The notes below the pieces were generated by a model. That model had not been told where the DNA came from and searched no databases. It saw nothing but the letters and a program-made list of their open reading frames with translations. 64,000 bases of DNA from Muribaculaceae bacterium. GTDB taxonomy: Bacteria; Bacteroidota; Bacteroidia; Bacteroidales; Muribaculaceae. Below, one piece after another: positions 51,089 through 60,000 of this stretch (positions within the stretch are counted from its first letter, which is position 1; every line of letters starts with the position of its first letter). The stretch lies in the NCBI GenBank assembly GCA_017964485.1, contig JAGCRW010000039.1, positions 1,365 to 65,364 of the forward strand, in the 5' to 3' direction. The position numbers and the translations under genes are program-made.

Positions 51089-53191
51089 TTATTGAGCGCC
51101 TAAGAGGACGTTGTAAACTACAGTTACATCGGTAGTAGTGATTACACCGTCGCCATCCTGATCGCCGTTAACCAAGTACTCAGTGTCGCCAGTGAGCAGG
51201 AAGTTGTAGAGTACAGTGACATCGACACTTGAAACAACACCATCGCCGTTAACGTCGCCAACTACAGGCTCACCAACAGTAAGAACTGTGAGAGTCATGT
51301 CATTTGAGTTAATGCGGAAGGTGTACTCACCACCTTGCTCAATGCGGAAGTTAGCGCCGTCAACCATAGCAAGTGGCTGGTTGAGCAGGTCGCCGTTGAT
51401 CAAGAAGTAACCAACACCATTGTCATCTTGGCCACCATACCAAGTCCAGCCATCCTCTGCAGGAGTGATAACCTTGAACTCAGCGCCAGCCTCGAGAGTG
51501 CCTTGAGTCTCATAAACGCCTTCGGTGGCTGTAGAGGTAAATACCAATCGACCGCCATCCTCGGCTTGATTCCAGTCATTGAATGTACCTACCACGTAGA
51601 ATTCCATTGGCTCAACGTCTTCATCCTCAATGAACAGGTTTTCGGGCCATGGCTTGATGCAGATTGGAATTTGGTTAGACCAGTCGCTCTCCTGACCGTC
51701 GTAATAAACGGAGCGAACATCGTAAACATAGTAGCCGTAGTCCATGATCTGGATAGACATATCAATTTGCTGATTGCCTGCTGCATTTGTATAATAACCA
51801 AAGTGGAAGCTGGTGCTGTCGCTAGGAATATTATGAACGAAAACGGTGTCGCCACTCCATGCGGGCTGTATATACCTAGGAGAAGCAACATTCTGTGGCT
51901 CGCTGTAATCGCCATAATAAACCTTCATGTCGGTTATCGCAATGCGATGGTCGCCGCCATCTTCATAATTGCCCATGTTCTGGAACAAATAGATGGTGTG
52001 GAAAATCGAATAATAATTGGGAAATTCCCTATCCATTACAAAGGTGTACCACTTCTCGGGACCAGATACTACTATTGTCGAATCCATAGTGCCGCCGTTT
52101 ACTCTGAGCAGGCAATCGGTAGCATCGCCATAGGGTTTTGCCTTAACCTTAAGAGTGAATTTCTTAACGTAACGATAGATAACAACATCGTCTTCCATTG
52201 GCGATTGAAGCATACCATTAACATCAATCACAACTCCGCCGTCGGTTCCGCTTATGTTGCGGCCGTACCAGCCGTCGTGATCAGTCTTGCCATCGATGTG
52301 AGCATAATCCTCATATACGTCACCCTCGCTGCAATTTGGGAATTTCTCGCGGTAAACCAAGCCTTCTTGAGTGTCGGTTGGGTAAACTCGTATTGAGTAG
52401 CTCTTGGCTCCTGGGCATGGACTCCAATGGCAAGCAAAGCCTTCGCAGAGAATGGCATCTGACTCAGGATTATCAGGATAAACTGGATGAGTAGTGATAT
52501 CTGTTACGTCATAAGCCTCGGGAGTAGTGATCTCACCTACTTCACCTGGAGTCTTGAAAGCTATCTCATAGAGATAAGCGTAGGCGTTAGCAACCTCTAC
52601 CATGTAAATCTTCTCAGGATCGAGAGTACTTGAAGCAAGTATTTCGACGCCAATTTCAGAGTTCTGAACTGTCTCAACAGGATTAGCATCAGGAGTGATA
52701 GAGCCGTCGGCATTACGTGTGCACTCATAGATGTTCATCTTTGTGAGATAGTAAGAAGAGTTACTGCGGTGATAGGCATAGAGCTTAACCTGTGTGCAGT
52801 AAGTCACATAGTAGGTCTGTTTCTTAGTGGGCTGCTTGTACTTTGCCGAATAAGCAGTGTTGCTGCCAAAGTAGGCGGCAGGGCCTTGGAAGATGTCGGT
52901 AGCTGTCCATGGACCAGTGTAGTTGCTGGTGTTGTCGGCATCGGTAATTTCATTGGTAAACCAGTTTTGAGTAGCGTCGGTCTGCATCACGCCATAGCAA
53001 GAGAGAGTCAGCCAATAATTTCCATTGACTTCGTTGTACTTGTAAATAGTCTCCATTCCATCAACAGTAGCTCCAGCCTGATCGATGGTGGCATACTTAA
53101 TGGGGTTGAGGTAGGCATCGCTAGCGGTGCCTGCAGCCATCATTGGCAGAACAACCGCCATGACAGTCAATAGGGATAATAGTTTTTTCAT
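51089..53191 (-). CDS. P4: protease-less paralog (signal peptide + module A + divergent module B + CBM-like beta-sandwich + dockerin-type module)
   Basis: 700 aa. The signal peptide MKKLLSLLTVMAVVLPMMAA is near-identical to that of P1 and is joined directly to module A (GTASDAYLNPIKYATIDQAGATVDGMETIYKY...YLYEIAFKTP). There are no C10/S8 motifs and no Ig repeats. A unique ~125-aa segment MEFYVVGTFNDWNQ...EFKVITPAEDGWTWYG...YTFRINSNDMTLTV follows. Dockerin-type tail nt 51092-51262. Confidence 0.8.
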   Translation of the reverse strand: MKKLLSLLTVMAVVLPMMAAGTASDAYLNPIKYATIDQAGATVDGMETIYKYNEVNGNYWLTLSCYGVMQTDATQNWFTNEITDADNTSNYTGPWTATDIFQGPAAYFGSNTAYSAKYKQPTKKQTYYVTYCTQVKLYAYHRSNSSYYLTKMNIYECTRNADGSITPDANPVETVQNSEIGVEILASSTLDPEKIYMVEVANAYAYLYEIAFKTPGEVGEITTPEAYDVTDITTHPVYPDNPESDAILCEGFACHWSPCPGAKSYSIRVYPTDTQEGLVYREKFPNCSEGDVYEDYAHIDGKTDHDGWYGRNISGTDGGVVIDVNGMLQSPMEDDVVIYRYVKKFTLKVKAKPYGDATDCLLRVNGGTMDSTIVVSGPEKWYTFVMDREFPNYYSIFHTIYLFQNMGNYEDGGDHRIAITDMKVYYGDYSEPQNVASPRYIQPAWSGDTVFVHNIPSDSTSFHFGYYTNAAGNQQIDMSIQIMDYGYYVYDVRSVYYDGQESDWSNQIPICIKPWPENLFIEDEDVEPMEFYVVGTFNDWNQAEDGGRLVFTSTATEGVYETQGTLEAGAEFKVITPAEDGWTWYGGQDDNGVGYFLINGDLLNQPLAMVDGANFRIEQGGEYTFRINSNDMTLTVLTVGEPVVGDVNGDGVVSSVDVTVLYNFLLTGDTEYLVNGDQDGDGVITTTDVTVVYNVLLGAQ
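51092..51262 (-). other. Dockerin-type duplicated segment, V-class (P4)
   Basis: VGDVNGDGVVSSVDVTVLYNFLLTGDTEYLVNGDQDGDGVITTTDVTVVYNVLLGAQ. Confidence 0.7.
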
Positions 53192-53267
53192 TAAATGTAA
53201 AATTTAAATTGTGGATATAGTTGTTTTATTTTATGCTTAAAAGTTTATTCAATGTCTAAAAAGCCGT

Positions 53268-53275
53268 CAAAGATA
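53268..53275 (-). promoter_or_regulatory. -7 promoter box TATCTTTG (minus) for P4
   Basis: Plus-strand caaagata, 77 nt upstream of the ATG at 53191. Confidence 0.45.
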
Positions 53276-53355
53276 CTAATAATTATGTTAATATGCAAGA
53301 AAGGGGGATATTTTTTGTTGTTTTTTAGTATTATAGGACTTTAGCAGTAACAAAG

Positions 53356-53389
53356 CAAGAGCCGCTCCAGGATAGTGGAACGGCTCTTG
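53356..53389 (-). terminator. Hairpin terminator of P5
   Basis: caagagccgctcca-ggatag-tggaacggctcttg, 20 nt downstream of the P5 stop. Paralogous to 51034-51067. Confidence 0.6.
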
Positions 53390-53409
53390 AGATTTATAGG
53401 ATAATTGTA

Positions 53410-56400
53410 TTATTGACCGCCTAGGAGGACGTTATACACTACAGTCACATCGGTAGTGGTGATTACACCATCGCCATCTTGATCTCCGTTGACCAAGAAC
53501 TCAGTGTCGCCAGTGAGCAAGTAGTTGTAGAGTACAGTGACATCGACACTGGAAACAACACCATCACCGTTAACGTCGCCAAGAACAGGAACAACGATGT
53601 CGTCCTTGAGAGTGGTAACCTCAATCAGGTTAGACCAGTTGCTCTCCTTATTGCCGAAGAGGGCCTTCACATCATAGATGTAGGTAGTCTCGGGCTCAAG
53701 ACCGATAACGGTATAGCTAGTGGCTGTGATTCCAGGGAACAGCATCTCGCCAGCAGCCTTAGCAGAGCCTGTTGTGATATCGCCCGAATAAATCTCGATG
53801 CCAGTGATAATCACGCGCTTGCGGTTGGCTGTTGTAGCAAATGTAACGTTCTGTCCAGCAGATGCCGAGCAGTCAAGCACTTGGGTGTATTGGGTCTCGG
53901 TGTTGTTTGGAATTGTAACTGTCTCGCTATTGCTGCCGCAAGAAATTGTCATATTGCAGTTAGTGTCGTTATTATAAGTCTTAGCCTTATAAACAATGCT
54001 AACCTTGCCATTGCTGCCTGTAAGGTCGAGAGCAGGGCTGATGAGAGTCCCCTTTGCATTACTAGAACCTAAACGGATGCCACCTACAGCAGTATAAACA
54101 GTTGAACCAGTCCAACCGGCATTGTCCATGTAGTTGTTGAGCGAGTTGCCAACGTCATTAGAGCCATTAGTAGTGCAGTTGCTGAATCCCTCAGTGAGGA
54201 GCAGAGTGTAGGCAGGAGCCTCAGGCTTAGGCATCACGCGCAGGGTGTAGCTTGTGGCGCCATCGCAGGCATTCCAGTTGGCAGTAAATTCATTAACACC
54301 AATCTCGGTAGCCTCGGTGGCTACTGGAGTCTCAATGCCCTCAATAGGAGTTTGGAAAGCAATCTCATAAATGCGAGAGTAGTCATTGTAGATTCTCACC
54401 TTGTAAATCTTGCTTGGATCCAAGGTTACTGAAGAGAGTATTTCGTCTTGATTAGTGGTTTGAGTCTCTTTATAATCAACAGTAGAGATGCCAGCAGATA
54501 GAGTTCCGTCGGCATTCAATGTGCACTCATAAATCTCCATCTTCAATGGATAAACATTGCCACTGTTATAAGAAGACTGGATGTTGTAAGAGAGTTGCTT
54601 AACCTGAGTACAGTTAGTTACATAGAAGTTCTGGTATGCCTCGTTCCAGTTGCAATAATAAGCTGTTCCTGTGAAGTAGCTGCTACTTCCCTGGAAGATA
54701 CCATTGGCGGTCCAAGAGCCTTCGGCGTTCTTCTCGTTGCCTTCATAGTCGAGCCAGTTCTGGTTGATATCGGCTTGCTCAGCACCATAGTAGGAAACGG
54801 TGAGCCAAGCGCAGGCATCGCCAGGATACTCAGTGTACTTGTAGATTGAACTCATGCCGCTAACTGTAGCGCCAGCCTCATCAATAGTCTCATACTTGGC
54901 GATGTTGAGATATGGATCGCTTGCAGTGCCGCCGTCGTTGGCCTTAGCTGTGAGCTGAACGGTCTTGGTATCGGCGCCATTGCTGGCGATTGTAAGCGAG
55001 CCATTGAAGTTGCCCTCGTTGGCCGAACTGAATGTCACTGTAACTGGAACACCATTGGCTGCGTTGGCAGCGGTGATAGTGGTTGGCGAAACACTGAACA
55101 CACCGTTGTTGTCGTTCAAAGTCACTGTAATATTGTTAGTCAGGAACAAACCAGTAACATTGATGGTCTTGCTGACAGTTGACGACAAGTTTGCGTTGAA
55201 ATTGAGCGAAGTGGGGTCAACGTTGATGGTTGGAACCTTGGCTTGGGCTGAACCTGTAACGTTCACTGTCACGCTCTCGGCATTGGTGCTGGCGAGAGTG
55301 ATATAAGCGTTGGCGTTGCCAACTTCGGTGGGCTTGTAGGTTACTGTCACCTGCACGCCATTGGCTGCATTGGCAGCGGTGATGGTGGTAGGAGAAACAG
55401 TGAAGTAGTTTGAACCTTGTTTATTGACGGTAATGTTGCCCTCGAGGTTATAGCCTGTAACTGTGAAGGTCTGAGTGTAGGTATCACCAACAAAGCCCTC
55501 AAATGCGAGGCTGGTAGGATTAACAACGATATTTGGGCCTAAAGCGCCAGCGGGAGGCTCAATGCCGATAATCATAGCCTCGCCATAATTGAAGGTGTAA
55601 GAACCCGACTGACCAGTAGCACCAACGGCAGTAGTGAAGTTGTGCAGAGTGCAGTAGCCATTGCATTGGCCACTCCAACCCCAGTTCACATAATACTTAC
55701 CACTGCTATCGCAGCCAAACACATTGAAAGCATGACCTGCAGGCTGGTAACTGCTGCAGTCATAAGCGAGATATTCAATGGGGCGTCCTGCCTGCAACTC
55801 GGCCATCATCCATTCGTTCCATTGAGCGTCGGTGTATTGCGCGGGACCATTGGTGTAACTCCATCCCGACGAAACCAGTTCGTTAAGGGTAAGCAACTGT
55901 GCATCGGTATAACCCATAGTGTGGCAAGCCTCAAGAATCTCTGGGTCGTTGGCACCACTGGCATCAGTGCCATACTCCATGGTACAAGCCTGGCCCACAT
56001 AACGCATCAGCCAAGCAACAGCATCGGCTTGTGCCGAAGTATAGGAGGCTGAATGAGTGCTGCTATTATCATCATACCAAGTGCCGTAATGGTCAACGAT
56101 GTTGCCCCAATCGGCTGCTCTTTCAGGCAGAGCATCGGCAGCGAGACCGTAGTAGCTTTGTGGAATAGCGGCAATGGCGGGATAGGTGGTAGGCCATTTC
56201 CACTTATAGAAACACATAGCCAACGAAGTGGCAGGGCAGCCAGTTACGGCATGTGTGTTGCCACTGGTTGGGGTGTGGTTGTAGTAAGGAGCGCTCTGGT
56301 CCCATGTAGCGGTTACCAGCGGAGCAATAGCTGTTGCACGTGGTGAGTAGTTGTTAGGGATCATCGTTCCAGCCTTGAGACCGTCAATCTGATATTTGTA

Positions 56401-56757
56401 CTTGTTGAGCAGCCATTTCATTGCGGGAGGAATCTTGTCCAAATCGAGGTTTCCACCTACACCATACATCAGGATTTCTGGTGCCAGGTCATCACCAGCA
56501 ACAACGACATAGGATTTGTCGGTGGTGAAGATGTAGTAGTCTACCGCTTCAGGATTGGCTACCGAGGCCTCGGCCTTGACGAGCTTTAGATTGCTGGTGG
56601 TTTCAGCTTTCATGTGGCCAGCAGCCACTTGTCTTGACAAGAATGATCTTGCCACATTTTGCGCGACAGTCAAGTCAATGTCGGCTGCCTGCATCTGTGC
56701 CGCCATGCACAGCAAGAGTGCCAATGACGACAACTTTAATAGGTTAAAAAATTTCAT
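53410..56757 (-). CDS. P5: secreted C10 cysteine peptidase (divergent head) with Ig-like repeats, module A, module B and dockerin-type module
   Basis: 1115 aa. VTGCPATSLAMCFYKW (Cys), QPAGHAFNVFGCD (His), VNWGWSGQCNGY. Two Ig-like repeats. Module A (DGGTASDPYLNIAKYETIDEAGATVSGMSSIYKY...RIYEIAFQTP). Module B. Dockerin-type tail nt 53413-53583. Confidence 0.85.
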   Translation of the reverse strand: MKFFNLLKLSSLALLLCMAAQMQAADIDLTVAQNVARSFLSRQVAAGHMKAETTSNLKLVKAEASVANPEAVDYYIFTTDKSYVVVAGDDLAPEILMYGVGGNLDLDKIPPAMKWLLNKYKYQIDGLKAGTMIPNNYSPRATAIAPLVTATWDQSAPYYNHTPTSGNTHAVTGCPATSLAMCFYKWKWPTTYPAIAAIPQSYYGLAADALPERAADWGNIVDHYGTWYDDNSSTHSASYTSAQADAVAWLMRYVGQACTMEYGTDASGANDPEILEACHTMGYTDAQLLTLNELVSSGWSYTNGPAQYTDAQWNEWMMAELQAGRPIEYLAYDCSSYQPAGHAFNVFGCDSSGKYYVNWGWSGQCNGYCTLHNFTTAVGATGQSGSYTFNYGEAMIIGIEPPAGALGPNIVVNPTSLAFEGFVGDTYTQTFTVTGYNLEGNITVNKQGSNYFTVSPTTITAANAANGVQVTVTYKPTEVGNANAYITLASTNAESVTVNVTGSAQAKVPTINVDPTSLNFNANLSSTVSKTINVTGLFLTNNITVTLNDNNGVFSVSPTTITAANAANGVPVTVTFSSANEGNFNGSLTIASNGADTKTVQLTAKANDGGTASDPYLNIAKYETIDEAGATVSGMSSIYKYTEYPGDACAWLTVSYYGAEQADINQNWLDYEGNEKNAEGSWTANGIFQGSSSYFTGTAYYCNWNEAYQNFYVTNCTQVKQLSYNIQSSYNSGNVYPLKMEIYECTLNADGTLSAGISTVDYKETQTTNQDEILSSVTLDPSKIYKVRIYNDYSRIYEIAFQTPIEGIETPVATEATEIGVNEFTANWNACDGATSYTLRVMPKPEAPAYTLLLTEGFSNCTTNGSNDVGNSLNNYMDNAGWTGSTVYTAVGGIRLGSSNAKGTLISPALDLTGSNGKVSIVYKAKTYNNDTNCNMTISCGSNSETVTIPNNTETQYTQVLDCSASAGQNVTFATTANRKRVIITGIEIYSGDITTGSAKAAGEMLFPGITATSYTVIGLEPETTYIYDVKALFGNKESNWSNLIEVTTLKDDIVVPVLGDVNGDGVVSSVDVTVLYNYLLTGDTEFLVNGDQDGDGVITTTDVTVVYNVLLGGQ
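53413..53583 (-). other. Dockerin-type duplicated segment, V-class (P5)
   Basis: LGDVNGDGVVSSVDVTVLYNYLLTGDTEFLVNGDQDGDGVITTTDVTVVYNVLLGGQ. Confidence 0.7.
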
Positions 56758-56768
56758 TCAATACAAAG

Positions 56769-56840
56769 TTTGAATAAATCAGGCTGCACCTCGGCAATGC
56801 TCATGAAAGCATGGCACTACTCTCGGCTTGCACTGATTTT
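56769..56840 (-). repeat. 72-nt conserved noncoding element, copy 2 (inside the 5' leader of P5)
   Basis: tttgaataaatcaggctgcacctcggcaatgctcatgaaagcatggcactactctcggcttgcactgatttt matches 10716-10787 at 60/72 positions. It starts 11 nt upstream of the P5 ATG. Confidence 0.7.
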
Positions 56841-56900
56841 AGTTAATAATATAGTTGTTTTATAATTAGTTTTTGCTTGGTTTATGTTTATAAAAACCGC

Positions 56901-56908
56901 CAAAGATA
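56901..56908 (-). promoter_or_regulatory. -7 promoter box TATCTTTG (minus) for P5
   Basis: Plus-strand caaagata, 144 nt upstream of the ATG at 56757. The leader is about 70 nt longer than in P2-P4. Confidence 0.45.
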
Positions 56909-56973
56909 TATATAATATTTCATATAACCAACTTTTTCTTATCACTTTCAATAGTCATCTATATTTTCTCAAC

Positions 56974-57003
56974 AAAAAAACCGCCCCTAAGGACGGTTTT
57001 TTA
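56974..57003 (-). terminator. Intrinsic terminator of P6
   Basis: aaaccgccc-ctaa-ggacggttt (one mismatch) flanked by A and T runs, 40 nt downstream of the P6 stop. Confidence 0.7.
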
Positions 57004-57043
57004 TTTTAGTATTTTCTAGAAGCTATAGACTAACTAGGACTTA

Positions 57044-60000
57044 TCACTTAACCACAACTTTTTTATTGCCTACGACGTAGATGCCTGCTGGGAGGTTTTG
57101 TGTTGCCTCGCCGGCCTTAACGTTGCGGCGGATGAGCTGACCTTGAGCGTTGTAAACGTTCACAATCTCATTGTAGCTATCCATGCCGATGGTGTTAACA
57201 GCAGTTGGCGTTCCAGGCATGCGCAGCGCGTAACCAATGTAGTTCTGGAAGTCATAGTCATAGTCTAGTGGAGCAATGCCGGCTTCATTGTGCCAAGGCT
57301 CCTTGAGGTTGATAGCGCAGCGTACGGTGTAGCGCTGTCCGTTCACCATAGTGTTGGTGTTAGCACCCCAAGTGTAGTCAATAGTCATACTCTGACCTTG
57401 TGCACTACCATTAGCACCTTGATAAGCGCGGAGAGCGCCTTCGGCAGCGTTCCACCAACCAGTCACGTCAACAACCTGGTTGCTTACTAATGTGAATGAC
57501 TCAGCGAGGTTGATAGGCTCAATGTAGTTCACATAATCAGGGCTTATTGGATCTTTGCCCTCAGGTTGCACAGTAACGGTGAGTACTGGGTTAAGCTCGA
57601 TGCCACTGAGTGTGCCCTTGAGTGTTCCGCCCTTGATGAGAACACTCTCAGCAAACACATCAAACACGTCATTATCGGGTGCTGCAATGCGAATCCAGTT
57701 GCCCTCGCCGTCGGTGAGGAAGGCGTAGTTCTCAACATCGGCAACGTCAACCATTATTAGGTCGTTGCTAACGGTGTATTCCTGATTGTTCACGCCATTC
57801 TCAAGGATGTAGGCGAGAGTAGTCTCTTCCTCCACAACGATTGGAGTCTGGAAGCCTACTGCCAAGAGGTCGGGATAAGAGCCGCCACCAGTCAAGACAA
57901 CCTTATAAATCTTAGAAGCGTCAAGAGTTGCCGAAGTTATCACAGCCAAGCCACTTGCGCCGCCTTGCTGCGAGTCAAATGGAGTAGATGCAGCTACAGG
58001 TTGTCCATTAACGCCTACTGTGCACTCATAGACTGCCAAAGTTGCTTTACTGCTGCTACCATCCTTAACCAAGGCCTTAGCCTGGGTGCAGTTGGTCACA
58101 TAGAAGGTTTGGCTTCCACTACCATAAATACCGTATGCTTGGTTGGTGCCAAAGAATGCATCATCAATTGGGAATATATCGGTAGCGGTCCAAGAGTTGT
58201 TGTACTGATTCAGCGATGAGGTTTCGAGCCAGTTTTGGTTGGCATCAGTCTGCTTGGCACCGTATGTGGAGATTGTGAGCCAGCCGCAGTTGTCGGCCGC
58301 ATACTCGGCGTAGTTGTAAATTGATGTCATGTAATTTACTGATGCACCTGCATCATCAATAGTGGCATACTTGGCGATGTTGAGATAAGCGTCGCTTGCA
58401 GTGCCACCATCGTTGCAACGGCCAGTGAGGTTCACTGTGGTTGTGAGAGTGCCACTTGTGAGGGTGATAGTGCCTTGGCAACTTGCCTCCTCGTCGCTCT
58501 CGAAGGTTACGGTGAGCTGTGTGCCAGCCTCTGCATCGGCCTTGCTGATAGTGGTAGCCGAAACAGTGAATACGTTGTCAGGATCGTTCAAAGCCACAGT
58601 CACGTCGCCTGGGAGCATCTTGCCGCGCACGCTGATAGTGGCGGTGCCAGTCTCGCCAGGAGCAGAAGTGATTGTCACGTTGCTTGGGTCAGCAACAATC
58701 ATAGGCTGGTTGAGCTCGGTCTTGAAGCCAATCTCCAAGAGGTCGGGATAAGAGCCGCCACCAGTAAGTTGCACCTTATAAATCTTTGTTGGATCAAGTC
58801 CGGCCGAAGTTATCACACCATTGTTGCTTTGCTTAGTATCGGTTGCTGTATTTGATGGTGTGATAGAGCCATCACCATTGAGTGTGCACTCATAGATTGT
58901 CAGTTTAGCATTTGAGCTAGAAGAGCTGCCACCCTTAACGTAAGCCTTTGCTTGTACGCAGTTGGTAACGTAGAAGGTTTGGCTTCCATTTCCATAAATA
59001 GAATAAGAATTGTTGCTGCCGAAGTAAGCATCATCACCTTGGAAGACATCGGTCGCACTCCAAGTGTTGGTATATTGTGACAAATCTGAGGTCTCATACC
59101 AATTCTGGGTATCATCGGCTCTAAATGCACCATAGTTGCAAACGGTGAGCCAAGCTGCATCGCCATCCTCGGTGTACTTGTAAATTGTCGACATGCCGCT
59201 CACTGTAGCGCCAGCCTCATCGATAGTGGCATACTTAGCGATGTTGAGATATGGATCGGCAGCAGTGCCACCGTCATTAGCCTGAGCATTGAGGGCAACG
59301 GTCTTAGTCTCGCCACCTGGGGTGGTGAATGCTACAGAGCCGCTATATGTTGCCTCCTCATCGCCCGAAGTGAAGGTCACAGTCACTTGAACTGGAGTGT
59401 TCTCACTGATGCTATTCTTAGGAATAGTGGTTGGCGAAACGCTGAACACGCCGTTCTGGTCATTGAGTGTTACAGTCACATCGCCAGTAAGGAAGAGACC
59501 TGTAACGTCGATAGTCTTACTAATTGTTGATGACAGAGCAGCTTTAAAGTCTAATGTCTCGGGATTAACGATAACAGTTGGAACTCGTGGAGCAGCCACA
59601 CCAGTAACGGGCACAGTCACAGCCTCGGCACCATTGCTGGTGAGAGTGAGAGTGGCATTGGTGTTACCAGCCGCTGTTGGAGCATAAGTCACTGTCACGT
59701 CAACGCCATTGTTAGCATCATCGGCACTGATGGTGGTTGGAGTCACGCTGTAAACGTTAGCGCCACTCTTGGCGATGCTGATGTTGCCGGTGAGGTTGTA
59801 ACCCTTCACGTTGATGGTCTGGGTATAGGTCTCGCCAACATAGCCCTCAAAGTTCACCTCATCAGGAGTAGCCTTGATGACTGGACCTTGGTTATTGAGA
59901 ATATACTCGATGCCTGCCAGAGCATTGATAATACCATGACCACGCTGCTTAGCAGGGCTGGTTGGGTTGGTGAATTGTGTTGCTGTATTAGCAATCACGT

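Noticed and set aside
57215-57838. The unique ~210-aa region of P6 as a cohesin module
   Set aside because: I could not recognise any cohesin-like signature by eye. It looks more like paired small beta-barrel domains, so the assignment needs profile or structure searches.
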